A stretch of DNA of 64,000 nucleotides from NCBI GenBank assembly GCA_963788655.1, contig CAWBHS010000007.1, forward strand, positions 1 through 64,000, written 5' to 3'. The notes beneath the pieces were generated by a model. That model was given only the letters and a program-made list of their open reading frames with translations. It was not told the DNA's origin and ran no database searches. A program made the position numbers and the translations under genes. The DNA is from an uncultured Verrucomicrobiae bacterium. Lineage in GTDB: Bacteria > Verrucomicrobiota > Verrucomicrobiia > Limisphaerales > JAFGQR01. Below, piece by piece: positions 20,651-32,214 of this stretch. Each line of letters starts with the position of its first letter. The stretch's first letter is position 1.

Positions 20651-22387
20651 ATGAAATACCGTTGGTCCCTGGCACCTGCGCAGCCGGCTTTGACCGCCGT
20701 TCTGGCCAAAGAGCTCGGCATCTCGCCGTTGCTGGCCCAATGTCTCTTGAACCGCGGACTAAGTGAGCCGGAGCCCATCCAGCGTTTCCTGGAACCGCGC
20801 CTCAAGCACTTGGCGGATCCCTTTCTGTTGCCCAACATGGCGGTGGCCATTGACCGGCTGTTGCGCGCCCGGCAAAAGAACGAACGCCTCGTGATCTTCG
20901 GCGACTACGACGTGGACGGCGTGACCTCCACGGCGCTGCTGCACGAGGTGTTGAGCGCGCTCGGCTGGCATGTGGATTATTATCTGCCCCACCGGCTGGA
21001 CGAGGGCTACGGCCTGAGCCAGGAGGGGGTGGAGAATTGCCTGCAAAAATTCCACACCACGTTGCTCCTGGCGGTGGATTGCGGCTCCACCGCCGCCAAA
21101 TCGATTGGCTGGCTTCGGCAGCAAGGCGTGGAAGTCATCGTGCTCGATCACCACCAGGTTTCTGACCCGCCCCCGGACGCGGTGGCGCTGGTCAATCCCC
21201 AACTGGCGCCGCCCGGAACCTTGACGTTCACGGAACTGTGCTCCGCCGGCCTGGCCTTCAAACTGGCGCACGCGCTACTCAAGCGAGGGCGGGAAATCAA
21301 TTTGCCGGGTGCCCATGACTTTGATTTGCGGCCCTTGCTGGATCTCGTGGCGCTGGGCACGATTGCCGACATTGTCCCGCTGACCGGCGAAAATCGCATC
21401 CTGGTCAATACCGGGTTGCACCGGCTGAATCAAACCACCCGGCCCGGCCTCCTGGCTTTGAAACAGGTCGCCCAAATTACGCGGCCGATCACCGGTTACG
21501 AAGTCGGGTTCCAATTGGGACCGCGCCTCAACGCCGCCGGACGGCTCGAAAACGCCCTCGGAGCCTTGCACCTGCTATTGGCGCGCAACGTCGAGGAAGC
21601 CTTGCCTCTGGCCCAGCAACTGGACGCTCACAACCGGGAACGCCAATCCATTGAACGGAACATCGCGGAACAAGTCATCGGTGCCGTGCGCGCCCGGTTC
21701 AATCCGGCTACCGATTTCGCCATTGTCGAGGGCCAGTTGTTGTGGCACATCGGCGTCGTGGGCATCGTGGCCTCGCGGTTGCAGCAGGAATTTTATCGGC
21801 CGACAATTGTTCTGGGCGGTGACGCCGGATTGTGGCGCGGTTCCGGCCGAAGCATTGAAGGCTTCGACCTGGCTGCGGCCCTGCGCGAGTGCGACGACCT
21901 CCTGGTCCGCCACGGGGGGCACGCGATGGCGGCGGGTTTGACCATTCACCCGGACAAAGTGGATGAGTTTCGTCAGCGTTTGAATGGCCTGGCGCAACGC
22001 GCATTGAAACCCGACCTGTTGCGCCCGGTGCTGCGTTTGGATGCCGACGTGGCGTTGGACGAGTTGACCGTCGAACGCCTCCGGGAACTGGCCCGGTTGC
22101 AGCAAACCGGCGTCAACAATCCGCCGGTCCAATTGATCGCCCGCCAGGTAGTTCACACCCGCCCATGTCAACGTTTGGGCGCCGACCGCAAACACACCAA
22201 ACTTTACGTGGCCAACGGTTCGACGACTTGCGAAGCCATGATGTGGAACGTGGGCCACGGTCCCTTGCCGGAGGAGCGGTTCGACCTGGCCTTCAGCCCG
22301 CAGATCAACGAGTACAAAGGCCGCGTCGGCGTGCAACTCAAGGTGCTCGACTGGCAGGACGAGCATCGCGGGAGGCTCAACCGTTGA
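20651..22387 (+). CDS. recJ: Single-stranded-DNA-specific exonuclease RecJ
   Basis: GDYDVDG, DHH, GTIADIVPL..ENR, GPRLNAAGRL, GSGRS, GGHAMAAG. Confidence 0.97.
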   Translation: MKYRWSLAPAQPALTAVLAKELGISPLLAQCLLNRGLSEPEPIQRFLEPRLKHLADPFLLPNMAVAIDRLLRARQKNERLVIFGDYDVDGVTSTALLHEVLSALGWHVDYYLPHRLDEGYGLSQEGVENCLQKFHTTLLLAVDCGSTAAKSIGWLRQQGVEVIVLDHHQVSDPPPDAVALVNPQLAPPGTLTFTELCSAGLAFKLAHALLKRGREINLPGAHDFDLRPLLDLVALGTIADIVPLTGENRILVNTGLHRLNQTTRPGLLALKQVAQITRPITGYEVGFQLGPRLNAAGRLENALGALHLLLARNVEEALPLAQQLDAHNRERQSIERNIAEQVIGAVRARFNPATDFAIVEGQLLWHIGVVGIVASRLQQEFYRPTIVLGGDAGLWRGSGRSIEGFDLAAALRECDDLLVRHGGHAMAAGLTIHPDKVDEFRQRLNGLAQRALKPDLLRPVLRLDADVALDELTVERLRELARLQQTGVNNPPVQLIARQVVHTRPCQRLGADRKHTKLYVANGSTTCEAMMWNVGHGPLPEERFDLAFSPQINEYKGRVGVQLKVLDWQDEHRGRLNR

Positions 22388-23552
22388 GCCCGTAGAATTC
22401 CAGCACGTCCTTCTTGAAGTTGTTTTCCGCCACGTTGACGATTTTCATTTCGCGCTGGGCGTTCTCGGGTGAGTCGCTGGCATGGGCGGCGTTCACCATG
22501 ATCGTCTGGCCAAACTCCCGGCGAATCGAGCCGGGCGGGGCCTTCGAGGGATCGGTGGGGCCGAGCACGTCGCGGATTTTGCGCACGGCGTCCACCCCTT
22601 CATATACCAGGGCAATGCACTTTTGGGTGCCGGGCAGGTGCAGTTGGCCCGGCCCGCACTCGCTGGGCGTGCAGCCGGACATGAATTTTACGATGCTGTC
22701 GAACTGGTCTTCGCCGTAAATGGGCCCCAGGAGCTCGCCCAGTTGCGCCGTCGCCTCCGCCGCCAACCGGAAGGCAAATTCCTTTTCGAGCACGTCCTTG
22801 GCCCGGTTGGCCACCATGTCCTTCAATTTGGTGCGCAAAATCTCTTTTACCGGCCCGTAAAACTCGAGGGCGTCTGCCACACTCATCCGATGCACTTTGA
22901 GCGACACAATGAACAATCCGGTGCGGGAAAAGTAATCAATCATGTTGCCCGGCCGGCCGGTGGGGAAACGGAAATTGTCCGGCTTGATGAGCACCAACGT
23001 GCGCTGGGGCGTCTCACCTTCCCGATACGAAATCGTGTCTTCCAGCAGGCCGCCTTCGTTGTCCGAGTAGTCGGTCCAGAGTAACAGCTTTTGGCGCGCC
23101 TCGGTCGCCGTCGGTGCCGCCAATACGGCCGGTTCGAAAAAGCTGACGTCACCGTCACCATCGATAATGAGATCGCCGTAAGTGTCGCGAATCGACTCGC
23201 CGGTTCGGCGGTCCAGACTGATGTTGCCGACCACCTCGCGCACCCGTCGCACCGCATCGTCTCCGGCGAACAAGAGCATCATCACCCGCTGGCGGTGGCC
23301 GGTTTTTGGGTCGGGCGCCAAATGTTTCAGCACATATTGGCGGATTTGTTCCTGCACACGTTGGTCCTGGGAATCATCTTCCGAAACGATCAGCGCCGAA
23401 TACTTCTCGATCAATTCCGGTCCCGGCGCGAACATGCGCCCGCCAATCAAATCCAGCCCCGTACGGGCCAACAAGCGGGCGAGCACGCCTCCCGTCCGCG
23501 ACTTCGAAATCGTGTAGGGAGTGATGATGACATAAGCAAGTTCCTGCGCCAT
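22377..23552 (-). CDS. Nucleoside diphosphate kinase-like protein with two tandem NDK domains (391 aa)
   Basis: C-terminal domain RTLVLIKPD..GPTDPSKAPPGSIR..NAAHASDS; N-terminal domain AYVIITPY..AVRRVREVVG..SIRDTYG. Confidence 0.88.
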   Translation of the reverse strand: MAQELAYVIITPYTISKSRTGGVLARLLARTGLDLIGGRMFAPGPELIEKYSALIVSEDDSQDQRVQEQIRQYVLKHLAPDPKTGHRQRVMMLLFAGDDAVRRVREVVGNISLDRRTGESIRDTYGDLIIDGDGDVSFFEPAVLAAPTATEARQKLLLWTDYSDNEGGLLEDTISYREGETPQRTLVLIKPDNFRFPTGRPGNMIDYFSRTGLFIVSLKVHRMSVADALEFYGPVKEILRTKLKDMVANRAKDVLEKEFAFRLAAEATAQLGELLGPIYGEDQFDSIVKFMSGCTPSECGPGQLHLPGTQKCIALVYEGVDAVRKIRDVLGPTDPSKAPPGSIRREFGQTIMVNAAHASDSPENAQREMKIVNVAENNFKKDVLEFYGLNG

Positions 23553-23556
23553 AAGA

Positions 23557-23919
23557 TCAATTGGTGGGATTATCAGACTTGGGTTCGGGAGTGGTGGGAG
23601 CATTACCCTCGGGAGCCGACTCGGGCTTCGGGGCTTCGATTTTGACTTCAGCCCCATTCGGCTCGGCTGGTTCGACCTTGGATACTTCGGTGGGGGCCGG
23701 TTCAGTTGCGGTTGCCTGGGGTTGGGAAATCTCGGGGGCGGGCTTTTCGCTGGGCGGCGAGGCGACAGCGGTGCCTTTGCCGCCAAGGATTTTGAACATG
23801 ACGGTGCCACAGGTCGGGCAGCGGCCTTTGATGGCCTTGCGCCCGTTCTTCATGATTTCTTCAACGGCATCTGAAATCGGTTTCTTGGCTTTGCACTTAA
23901 CGCAATATCCTTCGGCCAT
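23557..23919 (-). CDS. DUF5679-like zinc-ribbon protein with Pro/Glu-rich tail
   Basis: AEGYCVKCKAK..MKNGRKAIKGRCPTCGTVMFKI. Confidence 0.85.
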   Translation of the reverse strand: MAEGYCVKCKAKKPISDAVEEIMKNGRKAIKGRCPTCGTVMFKILGGKGTAVASPPSEKPAPEISQPQATATEPAPTEVSKVEPAEPNGAEVKIEAPKPESAPEGNAPTTPEPKSDNPTN

Positions 23920-24344
23920 AAAAAAGAATGTCTGCCCGGCTTCGCACCATGCGAAGTGGCAGCAACTCGGATAGCTTAGGCGGTGCCTTACGCCAACGTC
24001 AATGCCAAACCGCCAGGCCAAGCGCGTTGAAATGGCTCGCAAAGTTTTGAAGGTCAGTTATTTAGCTACAAAATAGAGTGCTTTTTAAAGGGGATGAACA
24101 TGGGCTGGTGCCGATCGGTTAATGTTCATGATCGTTCTGCCGTGATTGAGGGTTAGACGCAGGTGATTTTTGATTCTAAGTCATTATCTAAAAATAACTT
24201 GCAACCTGAATCGAGAGCAAACTGGATGGCAAAGTTGTCGCCCACCGCCGCACCTCCCGAATTATGGATGCTCCAATGGCTGCCGTGGAAAGGGCACGTA
24301 AGAATCCACCGCGCGCGACTCCAACCCGTATGTATGCAATGGCT

Positions 24345-24374
24345 GTGGCTGCGTTCGTGAGAACGCGGCTGACT
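24345..24374 (+). repeat. REP-like palindrome, copy 1 (30 bp)
   Basis: GTGG-CTGCGTTC-GTGA-GAACGCGG-CTGACT; identical to 26750-26779. Confidence 0.85.
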
Positions 24375-24704
24375 TTAAAAAGAACCACCGCGCGCGGCCT
24401 TTGGAGGTGCGAGACACCCAACCGCGGGCTTTTCCATTGATGGCGACCAAGCGAGGTGGTAATCGTCGGCGGTCGAAATTCAGCAAGACAAAGGCACCAT
24501 GCGCATGTTCGCCAAACGAAGCGATAGCGGCTACCAGCCAGCCCTGGAGAGCATCGAGCGGAAGACCATGGTTCATGGGGCCAGACTCTCATGACCGAAT
24601 TTCACTTACGCCGGGACAGCGAGCTACCGCGCCATGAGCATCCCCAGCGAACCGCAGTTCTCGATTTTCTGCACCCCCGCAATGGTAAATCCCAACCGAC
24701 AATC

Positions 24705-26687
24705 ATGAACCAGCATTTCCTTTTCACCCTGTCGTCTGTCTCGGTAGTTCTCGCTGCCCTCACCGGCTGCGTTCAGCCATCGGCCTCGCGGATCTCAGAT
24801 CCCTACCACCTGACCGAGCCCAAGAACTTCACCGCGCACCGCGCGTCGTCCAACAATCCGGATTGGAATTCGAACGACGACAGCAAGCGGCCCATTCCCG
24901 GCGAAACCACGGTGCTGGCCGACCTGCAAGGGCCCGGCATGATCAATCACCTTTGGATTACCGTCGCCGACAATGAGTATGGATGGCCCAGGTTGCTGCG
25001 CCTGCGCGTTTATTATGATGGCAGCGAAACGCCGAGTGTGGATGCGCCGATTGGAGACTTCTTTGCAGTCGGCAACGGCCTCGAGGGCGAGGTCGAATCA
25101 CTCATGGTACGCAACAGCTCCGACGGCCGGGCGCGTAACTGCTATTGGCCGATGCCGTTCCACAAATCCTGCAAAGTTACTGTCACCAATGAAGGCCGGC
25201 GACGCGTAACCATGCTCTATTTCCACGTGGATTGGGACAAGGTGCCCTCGCTGCCCGCCGATACGCTCTATTTCCACGCCCGTTATCGGCAGGCGCTGCC
25301 CGCTCCGGCCGATGGTTCCCGTTACGAATTTCTGAATGTCAAGGGCCGCGGACATTACGTCGGCACCGTCATGTCGGTCGTTCAAGCCGAGGCCGGCTGG
25401 TTCGGCGAAGGCGATGACTACTTCTGGGTGGACGGGCAGCGGCCGGCCATCGAGGGCACCGGGAGCGAGGATTACTTCAATGACGCCTGGGGGCTGCACG
25501 TCAACGACGGTCCGCTCTACGGCGTGACGGTGGCCGAAGGCACGGGACTTGGCTCCCGCATGACGGCGTACCGCTGGCATCTGCCTGACCCGATCCCGTT
25601 CACGAAGTCGCTCAAGGCTGAAATCGAACATCGTGGCTGGACTTACAACGCCGATGGGGCCGTGAAGTCGGCCTTTGGCGTGCGCACCGATCTGATGTCC
25701 AGCGTCGCGTTCTGGTATCAGAAAGGCATCGCGAAAGACCAACCCCCGCTACCTTACGGCTCCGCCCGGTTGCCTCAGGGCAATGCCCGGCAAATTGAGG
25801 TCGAACAATCGCTGGCCGAATGTCAAACCCAAGGGGGCAAAGCCGTCCTCAGCCCGGACCTATTCTGGTCAAAGGACGTCATTCTCTTTGAAGGCCAGGG
25901 CAAAGGATCACGGATTGAAGTGCCCTTTAATGTGGCGGCGGCGGGCGACTATGAGCTGTACACGGAAGTGGCCCAAGCTTCCGACTACGGCATTTACACG
26001 GTGTTGCTGGATGGCAACCCCCCGCAAGGCCAACAACTCGAACACGAACCGGGTGCCGACATTCGTCCGCAAGCCCAGTTTGACGGTTACGCCCTCGAAA
26101 CCTACGTCGGACTGGCTTATCAGGTCGGGTGGGTCCATCTCACCCAGGGGCGGCACACTCTGACCTACGTTTGCCTGGGCAAGAACGAAGCCTCGTCCGG
26201 CTACAACGTGGGCGTGGATAACATCGTCCTGGCCAAGGTGGGCGCCGCTGCATGGGCCGCCGCCGCGAACCTGAAAGCGCCGAGTGTTCCGACGGACAGT
26301 GTCGCTGACCTGGGCCGGGTTTTAACGTCCGATCCCGATCCCATCACGCGTGGTCTGGCCGCCGTCGCCCTGCGCGACAAGGTCGTCGCGTCGCTGCCGG
26401 CCTTACCCGCACTCCTGACTGGACTAAAGGATCCGGAACTATGCGTGCGCATGATGTCCGCCAACGCCCTCGCCGCCCTGGGCCCGGATGCTGCGCCAGC
26501 GACCGCGGCGCTCATCGCTGCCGGCTCGGTCAAGGACGAGAAAGTCCACGTCCTGCGGGCGGTGGCCGCCGCCCTCGGCAATATCGGTAAGCCTGCCGCG
26601 ACTCCGGCGCTGCCGTTGTTGCGAGAACTTGCGAAAATTCCCCGGGTGCAATGGGCCGCCGAGTCGGCGATTCACAAGCTCGAGTAG
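24705..26687 (+). CDS. DUF2961 (GH172-like) lipoprotein with C-terminal HEAT repeats
   Basis: LAALTGC lipobox; GPG.I.HLWIT, NCYWPMPF, WFGEGDD and GTGSEDYFN motifs; HEAT-like LxDPx..VR..AA.AL repeats. Confidence 0.85.
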   Translation: MNQHFLFTLSSVSVVLAALTGCVQPSASRISDPYHLTEPKNFTAHRASSNNPDWNSNDDSKRPIPGETTVLADLQGPGMINHLWITVADNEYGWPRLLRLRVYYDGSETPSVDAPIGDFFAVGNGLEGEVESLMVRNSSDGRARNCYWPMPFHKSCKVTVTNEGRRRVTMLYFHVDWDKVPSLPADTLYFHARYRQALPAPADGSRYEFLNVKGRGHYVGTVMSVVQAEAGWFGEGDDYFWVDGQRPAIEGTGSEDYFNDAWGLHVNDGPLYGVTVAEGTGLGSRMTAYRWHLPDPIPFTKSLKAEIEHRGWTYNADGAVKSAFGVRTDLMSSVAFWYQKGIAKDQPPLPYGSARLPQGNARQIEVEQSLAECQTQGGKAVLSPDLFWSKDVILFEGQGKGSRIEVPFNVAAAGDYELYTEVAQASDYGIYTVLLDGNPPQGQQLEHEPGADIRPQAQFDGYALETYVGLAYQVGWVHLTQGRHTLTYVCLGKNEASSGYNVGVDNIVLAKVGAAAWAAAANLKAPSVPTDSVADLGRVLTSDPDPITRGLAAVALRDKVVASLPALPALLTGLKDPELCVRMMSANALAALGPDAAPATAALIAAGSVKDEKVHVLRAVAAALGNIGKPAATPALPLLRELAKIPRVQWAAESAIHKLE

Positions 26688-26749
26688 TGCGCTTTAACCG
26701 CGCGGACGAGGAATTCCAGGCCAGGACAAGCCGGAACGATTCAGTTGGA

Positions 26750-26808
26750 GTGGCTGCGTTCGTGAGAACGCGGCTGACTGGCGCGATGAAACGCGAACGC
26801 AGCCACAG
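26750..26808 (+). repeat. REP-like palindrome, copy 2, with partial inverted partner
   Basis: Same 30-mer as 24345-24374, followed by gaacgcagccac, the reverse complement of its start. Confidence 0.8.
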
Positions 26809-26870
26809 GCACTGCACACATACGGTTAAACCCAGTCGTGCGCGCGGCGGGATGGATTTATCATGCGGTT

Positions 26871-29800
26871 TTAGGGCACCGCAGCGCCGACGAAATCCCA
26901 CCGCCCCCACAATTTCGGGGTTAGCTCGGCTTCGCTGGGTACGTCGGCGGTGATGGCACTGGCTTTGTTCACCCAATAGACGCGCTGCAAGGTCTGGAAG
27001 CCGTTCCCGCGCAGCACGCCAATGTCGCCTTTGAGGTGCTGACCGGCGACGGGCTTGAGGCCGAGTGTGGCGAGCGGGATGGACATCTCAAAGTTGCCGT
27101 CCTTGCCAACAAGTTGTACGTCGGCACTCACGTCGTCCACGCGGTCAAGCGTGATCGTGCGCCACGGAGAGCTGAACGGCACGGGCTCTTTCGTGCCCGG
27201 CACCACGGCGCGGTACAACATGGCGACAGTCTTGCCTTTCACTTGCGCCACGAGCAGGCGTGCGTCGCCGGCGACGGGTTTGCCGCGGTTCTCGTTGGCA
27301 CCGGCGTTGGCGCCGATCATCAGGTCGAGCGCGCCGCCGGTCTTGAAGAGGGCGTTGGGCATCTCGCCGGTGTTCCGCAGCAGGTTCGGATCGCCAGTAC
27401 GCCAGGTGGCGAAAAGCCGGTCGCCGGCTACAGCCACCGCGCCGCGCACATCGTAGGGTTTGCTCTTGCTGTCGAAGTAAGCCGCCACGCCGCTCTTGTC
27501 GATCTCCACCCAGTCCGCGCCCTGCCAGTCGTCGAGTTCGCCGTCAAGCACGGGCGTGGCGGTTCGAAGCGCGACTTTCATCGTGCCGCTGCCCTGGTTT
27601 TTCTGGCGCGCGGCTTCGGCTTCCACAAAGTAAGCGCGGGCCTGGGCCAAATCGTCGGCGCTCAGGTTCAACGTCGTTTCCGGCAGGCGGCGAATCGTCT
27701 CCAACCCGTCCACGCGCACGATTGAGGAACGAGCGCCGTCCACGAGATAAACGTTGCCGTCCTTTGTTTGCGTGATGCTGGGCCAGAAGTTTTCGTCGTG
27801 GAGCGTAAGGTCGTTCAGCAACATGCCGCGCTGGGCTACGGGCATGGACCACGACGGGCCGCGGCGCACGTCCTTGAAGAGTTCCGCGACGAACAGGCCG
27901 TCGGCGGTGAACAGATACATGTTGCCCTGGTTGCCGTTGATGCCCCAGAGCGGGCCAGCGTCGCTGTGGCGCGGCGTGATAAAATCGCCGAGCAAGCGCG
28001 TGGTGCCGATGACCATGCCGGGGAAGCTGGGCGGCGGTGATTCGTGCGACGCGTGCAGGCCGGGCCACGGGCTCGGATACGACCAACGCGGCTCGCCCTT
28101 GAACACCGCGCCAACCGACTGCGGAGCGAACGGTTTGGGCGGCGTGGTGAGGACGGTCCAACCGCTCGCGTGCCACAGCGCCTGGTCGCCGCCGGAGGAA
28201 GTGGGGCTCTGCACGTCGCGCGCAAGGATTTCGCCTTTGTCCAAGTCATAGACCGGCGCGCCCGACGGGGTGAAGTTCACCGGTGCGAACCGCATCGCGT
28301 TCGTGCCGTAGCGCGACACGATCATCGCCAGGTCCGGCGCGACCGTCACGGAGCCGACCGTGCCTTTCTGGAACTGCACTTCATTCGTCTGCACCAAGCC
28401 GTCACCGTTCAGGTCGGACCACGCGAAGGCCGTGATGTTCCGCCAGTAATCCCCGCGCAAGTCCACGCCTGGCGGCCAGAGGGGCTTGAAAGCGTCGGTC
28501 TTGAACAGCTTCCACTCGTTTGCACGCCCGAACGCGGCCACGGGTTGGGCTACGCCATCGACGAGGAGCCACAACATCGTCACACTCGATCCGCCGGTGG
28601 GATTGGAGTTGTGGTCGTTGGAGAAGTACTTGCGGCCCCGCACGTAGTGCGGTGTCTCCGGCAGCGCGCTGGCCGTGGGGCCCGCAGCTTCGACGCCGCT
28701 TGCTCCGGGTCGGCTGAAGACGCTGACCAATTGATCCGTGCCCTGATCCCAATCGAGCCGGAACTCCATGCCGTGAAAATAGAACTTCGTCTTGTCCTCA
28801 GGATCGAGCTTGCCGCCGCCGCCGTATTCGCTGGGGCCGTAGAAGGCACGGACGAATTTACCGTCGAGCGTCCACACGCTGACGCGCTTGGGCTGGAAGT
28901 CGTTCTCCGTGACCCAAAGCCGGTTCGAGCGAATCGATGGTCAGACCGTCGGGATTGTTTATGTGCAATGGGTCGTACGGGCCCGCTTTCGGCGCGCCGG
29001 GCTTGCCGATGGCGCGCAGGAATTCGCCCGTCGGTGAAAACACTTTCACTTGATGGCTGCTGCCGCGGTCGGAGATGAAGATGTTGCCGGAGGCATCGAG
29101 TGTGAGGGCGCGCGGATCCTGCAACGCGCTGCCTGAATTACCACCGCCTGGCCCCCCGGCCGCAATGAGCGTTTCGGGCTGATTGAGGCTAATGGGATCG
29201 AAGTTGAACTTGAGACGCACCAGCGATTTGCCCGACAGCCCGAGGAGTCTTCCTTCCCGGTCGAAGGCCAGCCCGCGCGGTTCACGCAACGGTGCGGTGC
29301 CCAGCGCCTGCTTTGCCTTCGCATCGACGAAGAGCAACTGGTCCAGTTTGGTCAGGCTCACCACCAACAGTCCGTCGCGAACGGCCAGGCCGCCGATGTA
29401 GTCGCTCCATTCGATGCGCTGCGAGTTCGTCACCGGCAGCGGAGTGAAATTGTATTTCAGGACCGGTTTGTGACCGTTGGTCGTGAGGGCGGTCAGCCGA
29501 ATCTCGCCAAGTTTGACACCGGACTTCCGGGGATTGTCTTCACCCCACGCGGCGGCGGCGTAGGCGAAAGCATTCAGGTCGCGTTGCGCTCCGTCATCGC
29601 GGGCGAGATACGGTGCACCGGTCCAGTTACCACCGACCCAGCCGACGCCACCCTGCTTGTGGCCATCGAGATCCACCCACGCGAGACCGTGGCCGCCTTC
29701 GCTCACGTAGCTGCCGAGAAAGACCAGCGGCTTGGCGCCCGGCGCGCGGTCGGCCGGCACAAAGAGCGCCGCGCAGGGCGGCGTGTGATTCGCGAGCCAC

Positions 29801-31275
29801 GCGCCGGTGGCGTCAGCGGTTTCCCACGCGGGCGAACCGGCGTTGTAAATCGAAAACTCGTAGCGCAAATCCACCTGCTTCCGCCACAGGCCGCGCACGC
29901 GGTAGGCACCGGGTTGCACGAATTGCGCGGGGATGTGATACACACCGTGCCGTGCCGCTTCGTTGTCGCGCAGCAAGTCATCCGTGCCGTCCCACCAGAC
30001 GGTGTTTTCCCCGGCGGGGAACTTGGTTTCGGAGATAAGATTGCGGACACGGTGGCCCGCCGCATCGTCGATGACCAGCGTGACGAAACCTGCTTCCGGA
30101 AGTTTGAAGCGAATGGGAATGGGCGGATGAACCTCCTCCGTTTTGGGCTGGGCCACGATGGCGGAAGTCAACGCCTCTCCGCCCAGCGGTTGCAGCGCCA
30201 GCAGTTCGCCCAGCCACACGCGGCGACCGCCTTTGGTTTTGCCCTTCAAGTGGCCGTGCGCGTGGGCTTCGTCGATGACCTTCGTGATGCGAAGCCGCAC
30301 CGCGCGCGTCGTCACCTCGTGACCAAAGTCGAGCCAATTCACGCCCAGGGCACGTGGATATTGATTCGCGATCTGGTCGAAGCCGCGAAGTGTCTGCCAG
30401 TCGGCATCGCTTGCGTCGCGCGGATGCTTGTCGGCGGAACCGGTAAACGCCTGCGCCTCAGCCGCGCTGAAGCCGGCCCAAAGTGCATTCAGCCCCCGCA
30501 ACTTCACCGGCTGCGGCCAGGTGAACGTCAGCCACGCGGGATGTTCGGCGGAAACCAGCGGCGTGTTCGTTTCCGACGCGTTATCCCAGGTACTCCACAT
30601 CCCATCATTGCTGGAGTTGTTGAGCTTGTTCGCTTTCTCGTTGTTGCCGCTGGCAGAGGCCGTTGCTGGCGTGGCGGCGTTCGCCCAGCGTTCGCCCAGC
30701 ACGTAGACGCCGCCCAGCCAACCGGCGTAGCTCTTGTCAATCAGCGCGCTGGTGTGCGTGAAACGCAGCGCCCGTGTCGTGGTGCCCGGCGGCAGGATCC
30801 AAAGCGCGTATTCCTCCTTCGTCACTTCGTCACGCGACACTTGACCGTGCTTGAGCCGTTGCGCGGGGAGCCAGTCCGTCTCGTTGTCGAGCCGGCCCGG
30901 GAAGGTGGCCGTGGCCTTGAGCACGCTAAGTTGACCACCAGCTCGCACCAGCACGGAACCGACGGCAAGTGGGGCATTGAATCCGATCCGCAGATGCCGC
31001 GCGCCGGAATGTTTCGACTCGCCGAACGTGACCCCATCCCAGTCAGGTGAAGTGGTCTGGGTCCAGATCACGTGTTCTGGGCCGTGCTTAATCCTGATCG
31101 GCTTTTCCGCGCCGTCGATCCATTCGTCAAAGGTCTCGGGAGCAAGCTGCTTGGCTTCCAGTGGGGTGCCAAAGCAGGAACCATTCGTCGCCAAAGACTG
31201 GCTCGCTGCGTTAGTGGGGACGCTCAGAACGGCCAGCGAAATGGCGGCCAGCCAAAGTTTGATTTGCAGGTTCAT
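26871..31275 (-). CDS. Large secreted protein (~1470 aa): FlgD-Ig-like, NHL/beta-propeller and CBM9-like C-terminus; one +1 frameshift near 28930
   Basis: Signal peptide; VTLVIDD..G.RVRNL..WDGTDD; PRGLAFD, PRALTLD and NPDGLTID blades; LDGELDDW. The frames join as NRLWVTENDFQPKRVSVW. Confidence 0.78.
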
Positions 31276-31494
31276 AACAGATTCTCGCCGCGATTAGCCG
31301 ATGGGCCAGCGCGGAAAACTTTTCACCTCAAGGTGTTCGATATGGGCGATGGGCCGGCAGGCTTTCAGCGGCGACGAGAGCCCGCTCATTTCCCTTTAAC
31401 GGCCGCATGGAGTGAAATCAAGCGCATTGCCATTCCTCTCCACCCTGTGCCGGCGCGCGAACGCTGCGACGGCTTCCGCTGACCGGTGCCAATG

Positions 31495-32214
31495 CTAGTC
31501 CTTGATTGGGCGAATCTTGAGGTTGCGGAAGGCCACCTGACCATGGTCGCCCTGCAGGGAGAGGTAGCCGGTGCTGAGCTTGGCGAATTTCGGCATGCTG
31601 CCAAATTTACTCTTGGCCACGCGCGCATTGAAATCATCGCTACCCAACACGTATTCGACATACTTCACCCCGTTGACCTCATGCACGCATTTCTCGGGCG
31701 TGATGAGGATCCGCATGTGGTTCCATTGGCCGGCCGGCTTGGTGGCGTCCAACGGCTTGCCGGTTTTCGGATCGTTGGGCGGCTGATAGAGCCCGTAGAG
31801 CCAGCCGCAGCGCTGCGGATCGGAGGCTTTCGCATTGTCCTCAAGTTGGACCTCGGGGCCCGTGGCCCAGGGGGCGCCGGCTTCCTCGGAGACGTGATAC
31901 ATGATGCCGCTGTTGCCTCCTTCGGAGATGTTGTAGTCCAGTTGCAATTCGAACGCGCCGAACTTTTCCGTGGTGACGATGTCGCTGGCGTTGTGGGGAT
32001 CGACACACGCCATCGTGCCGTCCTTGACCTGCCAACCAGGGCGGATGCCCTCGCGTTTGAAGTTGTGCCAGCCATTGAAGGTCTGGCCGTCGAAGAGCAG
32101 CTTCCAGCCGGCGGCCTTCTCCGCTTGGGTCAGCGTGTTGATTTTGGAATCATCGGCCGCAGTGAGCTGCAAGGCGGTGACGGCGGCCAGCACACAGAAG
32201 AAAAAGTATTTCAT
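31495..32214 (-). CDS. DUF1080 (3-keto-disaccharide hydrolase-like) secreted protein
   Basis: GWKLLFDG..FNGW, GGNSGI, GPEVQL.D, GQWN, LQGDHG.V.FRNLKI. Confidence 0.9.
   Translation of the reverse strand: MKYFFFCVLAAVTALQLTAADDSKINTLTQAEKAAGWKLLFDGQTFNGWHNFKREGIRPGWQVKDGTMACVDPHNASDIVTTEKFGAFELQLDYNISEGGNSGIMYHVSEEAGAPWATGPEVQLEDNAKASDPQRCGWLYGLYQPPNDPKTGKPLDATKPAGQWNHMRILITPEKCVHEVNGVKYVEYVLGSDDFNARVAKSKFGSMPKFAKLSTGYLSLQGDHGQVAFRNLKIRPIKD

Noticed and set aside
24400..24600. Degraded PIN/VapC toxin remnant on the minus strand (HGLPLDALQ..FVLLNFDRR)
   Set aside because: Resemblance is too short and weak to support without a profile search.
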